The notes under the pieces are model-generated. The model worked only from the letters and a program-made list of their open reading frames with translations, had not been told where the DNA came from and did no database searches. A stretch of DNA of 64,000 nucleotides, taken from contig JBDGXC010000006.1 in assembly GCA_039584815.1 (NCBI GenBank), positions 1,549 to 65,548 of the forward strand, in the 5' to 3' direction. The DNA is from Gemmatimonadota bacterium. GTDB lineage: Bacteria > Gemmatimonadota > Gemmatimonadetes > Palauibacterales > Palauibacteraceae. Position numbers and translations under genes: made by a program. The first letter of the stretch is position 1. Each line of letters opens with the position of its first letter. Positions 10,077 through 22,900 of the stretch are shown here, piece by piece.

Positions 10077-10640
10077 TCAAGGAGCCCGATCCGGAGCATC
10101 GCCTGCCGGCTCGAGCTCCCGCAGGGCGTCTTCCGAGAGCCGGAAGCGTCGGGTCACAGAGAGAGTGGGGCAACACATGGCGTCTCCCGGACCGTGCACG
10201 GTGAGATCCACGTGGATCTCGCCCTCGACGATGAAAATGCGGTCCACCGGAACTCGATCCCCGAGGAAGGCGGTCGCCACGCTCGCCGGCCGTCCGTCCC
10301 GGTTGAGGACCGCGGCCAGATCCTGAAAGACGCCGCTCCCTCCGGTGTTGGTTGAGAGGACGACCGCGGCATCGGGCAGACCGTCATCGTCCATGTCGCC
10401 CACGGCGTACTCGGGAACGAACAAGGTGACGATCCGGCGGGACACGTCCTCGAACTTACCGTCGATGAGTGAGATGTCCGCCTCTTCCACGTACGGAAGA
10501 GGATACGAGGCGTTACGAAGAGCCGCGGCGGACAATTCGGTCGCCTCCGTCGCCGCCCCGCCGGTCGGGCGGTCCCCCGGCGCACATGCCGGCACCGACG
10601 AGAGCACCGCTACGGCGACTGGCAACATCTCGCGGCGCAT
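10077..10640 (-). CDS. Hypothetical lipoprotein/exported protein
   Basis: Has a signal peptide MRREMLPVAVAVLSSVPACAPG ending in a lipobox-like motif. The start overlaps the upstream DUF481 stop (ATGA). Confidence 0.45.
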   Translation of the reverse strand: MRREMLPVAVAVLSSVPACAPGDRPTGGAATEATELSAAALRNASYPLPYVEEADISLIDGKFEDVSRRIVTLFVPEYAVGDMDDDGLPDAAVVLSTNTGGSGVFQDLAAVLNRDGRPASVATAFLGDRVPVDRIFIVEGEIHVDLTVHGPGDAMCCPTLSVTRRFRLSEDALRELEPAGDAPDRAP

Positions 10641-11695
10641 CAGAACGTATATCCGAGAGAGAATGTGAGACCGTAGTCGTTCGTGCTCTCGTTGGTGGAG
10701 GGGGAGCGGCTGTCGAAGTTGTCGAAGAGACGGAATCCGATCGTGAAGTCGCTGATCAGCTCGTACGCGAGGCGGGCAGAGAAGTCTATCCGCCACCGGC
10801 CCAGGTCGCTCAGGATAGGCATCACCGTAAGGGTGCTGGTGATGTCGGTCTTCGGACTGTCGAACCGAAAGAAGGCGAAGTCGGCGGAAATCGGAGCCTG
10901 CACCGTATTGGTGGCCCCCTGATCGTTGTCGTAGTCCTCGTTCGCGTACGCGAGAGAAGCGACGACGGCGAACGTCATCGCGTTGGTGTGGATGAGTTCT
11001 CGCGCTGCGCCGAGACCTATGCTCTGGCGCAGGTCGAGATCGATCTGCTGATTCTGTTCGAGCGATCCGAAGATCAGGGCGCTCCAGTGGTTTCCGAACA
11101 AGCGCCGTCCGTTCAGGCCGAGGTCATTGCGACTCGTTCCCTCCGCGTCTTCCTGCCGCTGGAAGTAGGTGCTGCCGTTCAGCTTGCTGGCCCACTTCTC
11201 GCCGCGGTACCCCACCTCCCCGGAGCCGTTGAGCTGCCGGTTGCTGTTGGCTTTCTGGAAGTCGAAGCCGATGTCTATGTACCCGTCGAGGCGGCTGAAG
11301 AAGCTGGCCCGAATCCGGGAGATCGCCACGATGTCCATCATCCGGACGGTCGCGGTATCGGTCAGAATGATCAGCAGTTCGCCCGGCGTGTCGCTCGCCG
11401 CGAGGCGACCGAAATGCCTCGCGCCGCGCTTGTTCTCGACGTCGAAGTAGTTCGTGCTCGTGAGGTGCGCGACCTTGTCCCACTCTACCGAGAGCGTGCC
11501 CATGTCGTCCGTCTTGTACGACAACTTCCCCCGGTTCAGCTCCTTCACCTCACCGGTGATCGCGTCTCCCCGGTACAGCACGAGAATATCCGTCTTCTGG
11601 GCGACAAGGGGCGCCGCGCCGACGAGCAGGAATGTCGTCGCGAGAGCCAGGAGCGAGCGCCTGGCGGTGGTCGATCGGATCGGGATCGCTCTCAA
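10640..11695 (-). CDS. DUF481-family outer-membrane beta-barrel protein
   Basis: 351 aa. Has a signal peptide and a C-terminus ...NDYGLTFSLGYTF (terminal aromatic). A truncated paralog lies at 45430-45870. Confidence 0.65.
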   Translation of the reverse strand: MRAIPIRSTTARRSLLALATTFLLVGAAPLVAQKTDILVLYRGDAITGEVKELNRGKLSYKTDDMGTLSVEWDKVAHLTSTNYFDVENKRGARHFGRLAASDTPGELLIILTDTATVRMMDIVAISRIRASFFSRLDGYIDIGFDFQKANSNRQLNGSGEVGYRGEKWASKLNGSTYFQRQEDAEGTSRNDLGLNGRRLFGNHWSALIFGSLEQNQQIDLDLRQSIGLGAARELIHTNAMTFAVVASLAYANEDYDNDQGATNTVQAPISADFAFFRFDSPKTDITSTLTVMPILSDLGRWRIDFSARLAYELISDFTIGFRLFDNFDSRSPSTNESTNDYGLTFSLGYTF

Positions 11696-11756
11696 ACGGT
11701 TCGCGTTCGGATGCGCCGGGCCGGGCTGCCGTCCGGCACCTCACCCGAACAGCTCC

Positions 11757-12821
11757 TCAGGCGAGCGTGATACCGTCGTCCAGGTACACGTCCTGGATGT
11801 GGTTGAGCAGCTCCACACCTTCGGTCATGGGCCTCTGGAACGCCTTGCGGCCCGAGATCAGGCCCGTTCCACCGGCTCTCTTGTTGATCACGGCCGTGCG
11901 AACGGCGTCGGCGAAGTCGTTGTCGCCGGATGCGCCACCGCTGTTGATGAGGCCGACACGCCCCATGTAGCAATTGGCGACCTGGTAACGGCATAGATCG
12001 ATCGGGTGGTCGGTCGTCAGCTCGTCGTAGATACGCTGATCGAAGCGGCCGTACTTGACGCCGTCCGCGTTCAGGGCCACGTAGCCGCCGTTGTTCTCCG
12101 GCAGCTTCTGCTTGATGATGTCGGCCTGGATAGTGACCCCCAGATGATTGGCCTGTCCGGTCAGGTCGGCGCTCGCGTGATAGTCCTGGTCCTTCTTGAA
12201 GGCCGAATTCCGCAGGTAGCACCACAGCACGGTCGCCATGCCCAGCTCGTGCGCGTACGCGAACGCTTCGGCCACCTCGACGATCTGCCGGTTGCTCTCC
12301 TCGGATCCGAAGTAGATGGTGGCGCCCACGGCCGCGGCGCCCATGTCGTACGCCTGCTGGATCGTGCCGAAGAAGACCTGGTCGAAGGCGTTCGGATACG
12401 TCAGCAGCTGGTTGTGGTTGAACTTCACCAGGAACGGGATCTTGTGCGCATACTTGCGCGCCACGGACCCCAGGACGCCGAACGTCGAGGCCACGGCGTT
12501 GCATCCGCCCTCCATCGCGAGCTCGACGATCCTCTCCGGATCGAAGTAGTCCGGGTTCTTGGCGAAGCTGGCGCCGGCGGCGTGCTCGATCCCCTGGTCT
12601 ACGGGCAGGATCGACATGTATCCCGTGCCCGCGAGTCGACCGTGCTGGTAGATCCACGTGAGGTTGCCCAGAGCCCGGTTATTGCGGTCGGACATCGTCC
12701 ACACGCGGTCGATGAAATCAGGGCCCGGCGCGTGCAGCCGATCCCTGTCGATGCCCTTGCAGCGGTGCTCGAGGAGGAACGAAGCGTCGTCGCCCAGGAG
12801 GCTCAGTATGTGGTCGTTCAT
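11757..12821 (-). CDS. fbaB: Class I fructose-bisphosphate aldolase (DhnA/FbaB type)
   Basis: Near-collinear with E. coli FbaB: [65 protein letters not shown] and [21 protein letters not shown] are all present. Start at [10 protein letters not shown]. Confidence 0.85.
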   Translation of the reverse strand: MNDHILSLLGDDASFLLEHRCKGIDRDRLHAPGPDFIDRVWTMSDRNNRALGNLTWIYQHGRLAGTGYMSILPVDQGIEHAAGASFAKNPDYFDPERIVELAMEGGCNAVASTFGVLGSVARKYAHKIPFLVKFNHNQLLTYPNAFDQVFFGTIQQAYDMGAAAVGATIYFGSEESNRQIVEVAEAFAYAHELGMATVLWCYLRNSAFKKDQDYHASADLTGQANHLGVTIQADIIKQKLPENNGGYVALNADGVKYGRFDQRIYDELTTDHPIDLCRYQVANCYMGRVGLINSGGASGDNDFADAVRTAVINKRAGGTGLISGRKAFQRPMTEGVELLNHIQDVYLDDGITLA

Positions 12822-12907
12822 CGGTCTCTGCGGGTGCGGGTGGCACGTGCGACGTGAACCGGGGCAAGATGCGGATGGCGTCGCACGAAAGCAAAGCGCG
12901 CCGGCCG

Positions 12908-13249
12908 TCAATCTGAGGGAGAAGGCATCCCGTCGGCGGGAGGACCGCCTCCGTCTCCCGTGTCCGGGCCGGACACGATCTCCCTCCGCGGATACGGGAT
13001 GGCGCTGCCTTCCCTGGCCAGCCCCAGCCGTACGATCCGCGGCAGGTCCGCCGTGAGGGCCCACCAGTCGGCGGTGTGCACCCACGGCCACAGCTTGAGC
13101 CGCACTCTTCCGACCACGCCCGCCGCTTCGACGATGTCGTCGATGCCGTACGGACGGCTCGCCAGGATGGCCATCCCGGCGAACAAGTTGGACAGGGAGT
13201 CCTGGAACGCGAATCCTACGACCAGGTCGGCGACCCCGAGTCCGGCCAA
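12908..13249 (-). pseudogene. MscS-family mechanosensitive channel remnant (beta-domain + C-terminus only)
   Basis: 113-aa ORF with a TTG start. [30 protein letters not shown] (MscS TM3/beta region) is joined directly to ...WPWVH...[14 protein letters not shown] (MscS C-terminal motif). About 90 aa are missing in between. No TM1/TM2 is present. An in-frame stop lies just upstream. Confidence 0.45.
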
Positions 13250-13764
13250 CCGTCGGCTAATCGGTCACGACCGGCCACCGCGATCTGGAGCCGTCCCACC
13301 TCGCTCTCTACCGCGGCAGAGAGATTCCGGTCGTATCGGGCCCACCGGTCCGCAACGTCCAGTCCGAGAGAAGCGCCGGCGCTCAGCGTCCACTCCTCGT
13401 AGCGCCACAGCGTGTCGCCCCAGGCTCGTACGGCGCTGATGTCCGGCTCGAGCGGCCCGATCTCGGTCGGGCTCACGGAATCCCGGCGGCGACGCAGCTC
13501 CTGGAAATCCTCTTCGCCGCTGGCGAAGGAGGCCTCGATCCTTCCGAGGTGTTCCCCGATGTAGGCTCGCAGGAAGGACTCGAGCGAGTCGGCTGGCAGG
13601 GCGCCGGTGATCGCCGAGTCGGCGGCCATGCCCTGCGCTTGCACCGCTTCGCTCTCCTGGGCCCGCAACGGTCCGCCGATGAGGCAGAGAACGGCAGCCA
13701 GCGCCGGGATGGCGAGTCGCCGGCGTGCAACGCCAGGCCGCATTGCGATCGGAGACTGTCTCAT
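13216..13764 (-). CDS. Exported protein resembling the N-terminal periplasmic domain of MscK-type channels (possibly the 5' half of a disrupted channel gene)
   Basis: Signal peptide [36 protein letters not shown], then a charged helical domain. It ends 33 nt inside the MscS remnant in another frame. Confidence 0.35.
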   Translation of the reverse strand: MRQSPIAMRPGVARRRLAIPALAAVLCLIGGPLRAQESEAVQAQGMAADSAITGALPADSLESFLRAYIGEHLGRIEASFASGEEDFQELRRRRDSVSPTEIGPLEPDISAVRAWGDTLWRYEEWTLSAGASLGLDVADRWARYDRNLSAAVESEVGRLQIAVAGRDRLADGWPDSGSPTWS

Positions 13765-13811
13765 CGCATATCTTCGCGGGTATCCGGTGGCACCTGCCCG
13801 GCCGCTATCCT

Positions 13812-14294
13812 TCAGTACTCGACTCGATCGTCCTTCGCCGCCCACCGGAGGAACGGCTCGTCCGCGCCGTCGATCTCCAGCCGCTGCAGCTGGTAGCGGC
13901 GACGCTCGGGCGGAAGACAGAACTCCTGATACATGTCGTGATCCTGGAAACCGGCGACTCGCGCGACGTCACGGCCGTTCGCGTAGTAGACCGCGGCCGG
14001 GTGAGCCCAGTACATGGCTCCGAGGCACATCGGGCACGGCTCGCTGCTCGCGAAGATCTCGCAGCCATCGAGTCGGAACGTCGCCAGCGTCCGGCACGCT
14101 TCCCGAATCGCCACGATCTCCGCGTGCGCCGTCGGATCGTTGTCCGGCGCGACCCGATTCCCCGCCCGGGCCACGATCTCGCCGTCCTTCACGACTACCG
14201 CCCCGAACGGACCACCGCCCCGCTCGACGCTCTCGGCCGCGACGCGAACCGCCTCGCGCAGAAACCGCTCCCTGTCCTGTCGTTTCAACGCCAC
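13812..14294 (-). CDS. CDA-fold nucleoside/guanine deaminase (CMP/dCMP-deaminase zinc-binding family)
   Basis: 160 aa. HAE...PCPMC zinc-binding signature (HAEIVAIREA....SSEPCPMCLGAM). Divergently transcribed from the xdh-like operon with a 175-bp shared upstream region. Confidence 0.8.
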   Translation of the reverse strand: MALKRQDRERFLREAVRVAAESVERGGGPFGAVVVKDGEIVARAGNRVAPDNDPTAHAEIVAIREACRTLATFRLDGCEIFASSEPCPMCLGAMYWAHPAAVYYANGRDVARVAGFQDHDMYQEFCLPPERRRYQLQRLEIDGADEPFLRWAAKDDRVEY

Positions 14295-14469
14295 CTCCCT
14301 GCCGACGTCCGGAGTTCGTCGTCCGGAGGAAGCTAGGACTCGTTCCCCCGCGGAACCAGCCGTCGGCCCGGTGTGGTTCCCATGTTGCCCGGCGCCGTTG
14401 TAACGTACACACTTATGCGGTGCCCGCGCGGCCCGGCTGCGGGTCGCGACCCCAGGCAGGAGGGCGACG

Positions 14470-16682
14470 TGAAACGCGTCGAAGGTCTCTCCAAGCTCAC
14501 CGGCGGCGAGCGCTTCGTCGACGACCTCCCGGTCGACGAGGTCCTGTGGGGCGGAACGGTGCGTAGTCCGGCATCACGCGGACGCATTCGGGATGTCCGT
14601 TTCGGCTCGGAAATCGACTGGTCGGAGTTCGTGGTGGTCGACCATCGCGACGTCCCGGGGCACAACTCGGTGTTCCTGATCGAGGCGGATCAGCCGGTGC
14701 TGGCGGCCGACCGCGTCGCTCATGTCCACGAGCCGGTCCTTCTCCTGGCTCATCCGTCGCGTGACGCCGTGCGTCGGGCGGTGGCGGCGGTCGAGATCGT
14801 CGTGGATTCGGAGCCGCCCGTGCTCGACTTCCGTGCTCCTCCGCAGCCGGAGCACATCCAGTACGGGACCGACAATGTGCTGAAGAGTCTCCGGATCGAG
14901 AAAGGGGAGGCGGAGCGTGCTCTCGCGGACGCGCCGATTGTCGTGGAGGGAGTGTATGACACCGGTGCGCAGGAGCATGTGTATCTCGAGACGCAGGGCA
15001 TGCTGGCGTGGGAAGAGGGCGGGGTGATCACCGTCGCGGGCTCCATGCAGTGTCCGTACTACATCGTGGACGCGTTCCGTCACGCGCTGAACCGCCCGAA
15101 GGACGGGATCCGCATCATCCAGGCGGCCACGGGAGGCGGGTTCGGCGGCAAGGAGGAGTTCCCCTCCGGCGTCGCGCTGCATGCCGCGCTCCTGGCGCTG
15201 AAGGCCGGACGACCGGTGAAGCTCGTGTACGAGCGGGCCGAGGACATGGTCGCCACCACGAAGCGTCACCCGTCCCACGTGCGCCATCGGACGGGCGTCG
15301 ATCGGGACGGACGCCTCCTCGCGCAGGACATCGAGGTCGTTCTGGACGGAGGAGCGTACGTGACCCTGTCGCCGGTCGTCCTGAGCCGTTCGATCATCCA
15401 CGCGGCCGGTCCGTACGCGTGTGATCACGTGCGGATCCGGGGCCGGGCGATGCTCACGAACTCGCCCCCGTTCGGGGCGTTCCGTGGCTTCGGAGCCCCG
15501 CAGAGCCAGTTCGCGTGTGAGCGTCACATGGACCGCGTCGCGGCCGCGCTGAACATGGATCCGATCGAGCTGCGCCGGCGAAACGTGCTCCGGCCCGGAC
15601 AGACCACGGCCACCGGACAGACGATCGACGACGGGGCCGACCGGGAGGAAGTGATGGATCGCGCCCTCGAGCTGTCGGAATACCGGCAGCGGAGCGCGGC
15701 ACATGCCCGGTTCAACGCGTCGGACCTCACGCGGCGGCGCGGTCTCGGCCTTGCGACGTTCTTCCACGGCGCCGGGTTCACCGGAGCGGGCGAGGTGCAC
15801 CTCGACTCGGAGGTGCACGTCGCCGGGTTGCCGGACGGCCGAGTGGAGGTCCGAACGGCCAACGTGGAGATGGGCCAGGGAACGCTGACGGTGTTCACGC
15901 AGCTGGTCACCGATCGTCTCGGCCTCGACCCGGCCGACGTGACCATCGCGCCGGTCGACACGGCTCTCATCCCGGACAGTGGGCCGACCGTCGCGTCGCG
16001 CACGGTGATGGTCGTGGGAGGCCTGGTGGAGAGGGCCTGCGACGATCTCAGGCACCGGCTGGGTCTCGCGGCCGACGCCGCGGGCGGGTCCGTGACCGGT
16101 GCCATCCGATCCTGGCACGCGGCGCATCCGGCCGCGGATCTGCTGGGGAGCGCAAGGTACCGGAAGCCCGACGACATCGAGTGGGACGAGGAAACCTATC
16201 GGGGGGATGCGTACGGGGCCTACGCGTGGGGTGCGTACGTGGCCGACGTCGAGGTGGACATGAGGACGTTCGTCGTTCACGTGCGGGATTTCGTGGCGGT
16301 GCAGGAGGTCGGGCGGGTCCTGAACGACACGCTGGCGCGCGGCCAGATCCAGGGAGGCGTGGTGCAGGCCCTGGGATGGACCCTCCTCGAGGAATGCAAG
16401 TGGCGCGACGGGGCGCTGGAGAACGGGCAGCTCACCAACTATGTCATCCCGACGACGGTAGATGTCCCGTCGATACGAGTGGCCTTCCTCGAGGCCCCCT
16501 ATCCGCAGGGAGCCGGAGGCGCGAAGGGAATCGGGGAGCTGCCGTTCGACGGGGTAGCGCCGGCCGTGGCCAACGCGGTAGCCGCGGCGACGGGGGCCGA
16601 TCCGCGGTCGATCCCCCTGACGCCGGAGCGGTTGCTGGACATGCTGCTCGAACAGCCGGAGGGACAGGGGGCCGGGAGGTGA
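14470..16682 (+). CDS. Xanthine-dehydrogenase-family molybdopterin-binding large subunit (XdhA/CoxL-like)
   Basis: GTG 14470 with GGAGGG 5 nt upstream. Motifs AQEHVYLETQ, ATGGGFGGKEEF, FRGFGAPQSQFA and the C-terminal GAKGIGELP (catalytic Glu) match the XOR family. Confidence 0.85.
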
Positions 16683-17191
16683 GCGGCGCGAGCGAAGTCC
16701 GGAACGGCGGGGCTGCCGACTGTGGTGAGGTCGAGCTCACCCTGGCGCTCAACGGCGAGTCGGTGACGGTTCGAACGTCGCCGTCGGCCCGCCTGCTTGA
16801 CGTGCTGCGCTACGACCTCGGTCTCACCGGAACCAAGGAAGGGTGCGGCGAGGGCGAGTGCGGCGCCTGCACGGTCCTGATGGACGGTCTGCCCGTCAAC
16901 TCCTGCCTCGTGCCCGGCTGGCAAGCCCGCGGTCGGGCCATCGAAACGGTGGAATCCGTTCCCGCGGCCGAGCTCACGGCCCTGCACGAGAGCGGAGCCA
17001 CCCAATGCGGCGCCTGCACGCCCGGCGTCGTGATGACGGCCTGGTGGGTACGGCGGAATCCCGACCTGGTCGATGAGCACACTCTGCGGGACATCATGGC
17101 GGGCAATCTGTGCCGGTGCACCGGCTACGACGGGATCATCGACGGCCTGGAGGTCTGGCTCGCCGCCGCGGGCCGGGAGCGCGCCCGGTGA
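16679..17191 (+). CDS. [2Fe-2S]-binding small subunit of xanthine dehydrogenase family
   Basis: GTG overlaps the upstream stop (GTGA). GCGEGECGACTV and CG.CTPG...LCRCTGY are the two 2Fe-2S cluster motifs. Confidence 0.85.
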   Translation: MSGASEVRNGGAADCGEVELTLALNGESVTVRTSPSARLLDVLRYDLGLTGTKEGCGEGECGACTVLMDGLPVNSCLVPGWQARGRAIETVESVPAAELTALHESGATQCGACTPGVVMTAWWVRRNPDLVDEHTLRDIMAGNLCRCTGYDGIIDGLEVWLAAAGRERAR

Positions 17192-18018
17192 AGGTCCTGT
17201 TCCCGGAGGGCCTGGACGAGGCCCTGGATCTGCTGGCCGCTCACCCGGAGGCGACGCCCATCGCCGGCGGAACGGACCTGTGCGTTCACTGGCCCGCGCA
17301 GCTGGATGCCGTGCGGCGCACATGGCTCGACCTGTCCGGAGTGCAAGAGCTGCAGGGCCACCACTGGACCGACCGGGAGCTCGTCCTCGGCGGTCGCTGC
17401 ACGTACTGGGACATCATCGGTGACGGACGTGCCGACTCCGAGCTGCCGCTGCTCGCGGAAGCGGCTCGCCGGGTGGGGGCCTTACAGATCCAGACCCGCG
17501 GGACCTGGGCCGGTAACATAGTCAACGCCTCCCCCGCAGCGGACGGCGTGCCGGTCCTGATGGCGTACGACGCCGTCGTCGTGCTCCGAGCCCGGGATGA
17601 ATCCGAAGAGGTTCCGCTGGCGGAGTTCTATCTTGGATACAAGGAGATGCGCCGACGACCGGATCAACTCGTCACGGCGATTCGGATTCCCAGACGGAGA
17701 TACGACTTCCAGTGGTTCGAGAAGGTCGGGACGCGAGCCGCGCAGGCGATCGCGAAGGTCGGCGTGGCCGTGACACGGCGCGGAGACGAGTGGCGGGTAG
17801 TGGCCAACAGCGTGGCCCCCACCGTGTGCCGGTGTCCCGCGCTCGAGACATTTCTGGGCTCCCGAAGAGCCGCGACCGGGCCGGAGGATCTACTCCCGGC
17901 GCTGCGCCGGGACGTTTCCCCGATCGACGACATCCGATCCACCGCTCGCTACCGGGAGCAGGTGCTGGCCCGTCTCCTGTACTTCGGCTTGCGGGACGAA
18001 TGTCCCTCGTTCACCTGA
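17188..18018 (+). CDS. FAD-binding medium subunit of xanthine dehydrogenase family (CoxM/XdhB-like)
   Basis: GTGA overlap with the FeS gene. Has ...TPIAGGTDL..., TWAGNIVNASPAADG and a C-terminal ..IRSTARYREQV, as in the FAD_binding_5/CO_deh_flav_C family. Confidence 0.8.
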   Translation: MKVLFPEGLDEALDLLAAHPEATPIAGGTDLCVHWPAQLDAVRRTWLDLSGVQELQGHHWTDRELVLGGRCTYWDIIGDGRADSELPLLAEAARRVGALQIQTRGTWAGNIVNASPAADGVPVLMAYDAVVVLRARDESEEVPLAEFYLGYKEMRRRPDQLVTAIRIPRRRYDFQWFEKVGTRAAQAIAKVGVAVTRRGDEWRVVANSVAPTVCRCPALETFLGSRRAATGPEDLLPALRRDVSPIDDIRSTARYREQVLARLLYFGLRDECPSFT

Positions 18019-18031
18019 CCCGGCGGTCGCG

Positions 18032-20740
<2,709 letters not shown>

Positions 20741-20754
20741 GGCGGGCGGCACCG

Positions 20755-22881
20755 ATGGCCCACCTGGTCCCGATTCCGTTCGGCGAGCTGGCGCTCCGCA
20801 TGTGTCACGAAGCCGAGGCGGCCGACGCCGTGTTCGATCTCCCGGAACGCAAATGGTGGGTGCCGGACCCGGCGTTCGACCTCTCGGCCCCGCACTTCGG
20901 CCGGCGCGCTTCCACGCCGGTCGGTCCGGCTGCCGGCCCCCACACGCAGCTCGCCCAGAACATCGTGCTGGCCTGGCTGGCGGGGGGCCGGATCATCGAG
21001 CTCAAGACGGTGCAGGTGAACGACCGGCTGGCCATTCCCCGACCGTGCATCCACGTGCCGAACGTGGGGTTCAACGTCGAATGGTCGCAGGAGCTGCGGG
21101 TCGAGGAGTCGCTGCGCGAGTACGCGAAGGCGGCGTACCTGATCGAGATCCTCAAGGCGACGCGGGCGTTCGGACGCTTCCCGTCGGACCACGGCATGAA
21201 GACGGTGTTCGATATCAGCGTCGGATACGATCTGGAGGGCATTCGAAGCGACAAGGTCACGCGGTTCCTCCGCGCGCTGCGGGACCCCGCGGTCCTGTTC
21301 GATGATCTGCGGAGCGAGCTGGGGGGTGAGCTGGCCCTGTACCGGGATCTGGACTTGCCGGTCCCGATCTCGGACTGCGTGACGCTGTCCACGTTCCACG
21401 GCTGTCCGGCGGACCAGATCGAGTCGATCGCACGGTACCTCCTCGAGGAGCTGGGCCTGCACGTGATCATCAAGCTGAACCCGACGCTGCTCGGATTCGA
21501 GACTGTGCGGGAGCTCCTGCACGGTCGCCTCGGATACTCGCATCTCGATCTGCGCCGCGAGGCGTTCGACGTCGACCTCCAGTACGAGGATGGACTGCAG
21601 ATGCTGCACCGGCTGCGGCCTCTGGCGGAGGCTCGCGGCACGGCCATAGGAGCGAAGTTCACGAACACCCTGGTGGTCCGGAACGACGCGACCGTGTTTC
21701 CGACGCAGACGGACCCGTGGATGTACGTCTCGGGCCCGCCGCTGCACGTGATCGCGATGAACCTCATGCAGCGCTTCCGGAGCGACCTCGGCTTCGAGTT
21801 TCCGGTCTCCTTCTCGGCGGGGATCGATGTGAAGAACTTTCCGGCGGCCGTGACCTGCGGGATGGTCCCCGTCACCACCTGCACCGACCTTCTCAGGCAG
21901 GGCGGCTTCGGTAGACTTCCCGGGTATCTGAAGGCCCTGAGCCGCGAGATGGAGAAAGCGGGCACGCGGTCGCGAGAGGCGTTCGTGCTGGCCGCGCACG
22001 GTCACGGCGCGGCCGCCATCGGGGAGACGTTCGGCGGCGGGGCGAGCGCCCTCCGCCTTCCGGAACAGGAAGTCGAGCGTCTGTCCCGACTGGCCGGAAC
22101 CGCGCCCGACGAGCTGCCGGAGGCGATCCGGGTGACGGCGCGCAGCGCCGGCCTCGACCCGGAAGCGGCCGTGCAGAGCGCGACCCGGACCGCGGGACGG
22201 CTGAACGGAAACGACATCGTGCCCACGCTGGCGGACGATCGCCGATATCACGCCGCGACGAACGCGAAGCCGCCCCGCCGCATCGACAGCACCCTGGAGC
22301 TGTATGATTGCATCAACTGTGACCTGTGCATCACGGCGTGCCCGAACGATGCCATCTTCGGCTACGCCGTCGAGCCGCGGAGTGTGGAAACCGACCGGAT
22401 CGTTGTCACCGACGACGGGATCGTCCGCGAAGCGGGAGCCGGGTACTCCGTGCGAGAGGGCCACCAGCTGGCGGTGTACGCGGGCGCCTGCAACGAGTGC
22501 TCCAACTGCGAGGTATACTGCCCGGAACGGGGAGCGCCCTTCCGTGTGAAGGAGCGCCTGTTCCCGTCGGCCGAGGCCTTCCGCGAGTCGCCGGATGACG
22601 GCTTCTGGCGGGCGGACCACCAGCTCCTGGCACGCCTCGGTGGATGCGAGCTGCGGCTCGAGGTGGACGAATCCGCGAACGAGGCTGTGGTGACGACGGG
22701 TGGACTGCGACTCGACCTTCGGTGGGATCCCCTCGAAGTGGTGGGCGGCACCGCGGGAGAGGGTGGAGCCGAGCCGCTGGACACGGCGCACCTGTGGCGG
22801 ATGCACACGGCGTGGGAGTCCATCTACCGATCCGCGCGACCCAATCCGGTGAGCCCGGGCGGGCGGCCCGCGCGAGCCTGA
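20755..22881 (+). CDS. YgfK-like oxidoreductase: large N-terminal domain of unknown function + 4Fe-4S dicluster ferredoxin domain
   Basis: 708 aa. Two CxxCxxCxxxCP motifs (CINCDLCITACP and CNECSNCEVYCP) lie near the C-terminus. The N-terminal 560 aa resembles the uncharacterised N-terminal half of YgfK-type proteins. No GltD-like NAD(P)/FAD domain is detected. Confidence 0.55.
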   Translation: MAHLVPIPFGELALRMCHEAEAADAVFDLPERKWWVPDPAFDLSAPHFGRRASTPVGPAAGPHTQLAQNIVLAWLAGGRIIELKTVQVNDRLAIPRPCIHVPNVGFNVEWSQELRVEESLREYAKAAYLIEILKATRAFGRFPSDHGMKTVFDISVGYDLEGIRSDKVTRFLRALRDPAVLFDDLRSELGGELALYRDLDLPVPISDCVTLSTFHGCPADQIESIARYLLEELGLHVIIKLNPTLLGFETVRELLHGRLGYSHLDLRREAFDVDLQYEDGLQMLHRLRPLAEARGTAIGAKFTNTLVVRNDATVFPTQTDPWMYVSGPPLHVIAMNLMQRFRSDLGFEFPVSFSAGIDVKNFPAAVTCGMVPVTTCTDLLRQGGFGRLPGYLKALSREMEKAGTRSREAFVLAAHGHGAAAIGETFGGGASALRLPEQEVERLSRLAGTAPDELPEAIRVTARSAGLDPEAAVQSATRTAGRLNGNDIVPTLADDRRYHAATNAKPPRRIDSTLELYDCINCDLCITACPNDAIFGYAVEPRSVETDRIVVTDDGIVREAGAGYSVREGHQLAVYAGACNECSNCEVYCPERGAPFRVKERLFPSAEAFRESPDDGFWRADHQLLARLGGCELRLEVDESANEAVVTTGGLRLDLRWDPLEVVGGTAGEGGAEPLDTAHLWRMHTAWESIYRSARPNPVSPGGRPARA

Positions 22882-22900
22882 CGGCGCCGGGGAAGAGCGT

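Noticed and set aside
11757-13091. N-terminal 90-aa extension of fbaB ORF
   Set aside because: The extension is Arg/Gly-rich junk. FbaB homologs begin at [10 protein letters not shown], which aligns with E. coli FbaB residue about 1.
14574-16280. 568-aa minus-strand ORF
   Set aside because: Antisense to the XDH Moco subunit gene. Low-complexity Arg/His-rich translation.
16181-17191. 336-aa ORF containing the 2Fe-2S subunit
   Set aside because: The N-terminal 165 aa overlap the Moco gene out of frame. The GTG at 16679 with GGGAGG upstream gives a canonical 170-aa 2Fe-2S subunit.
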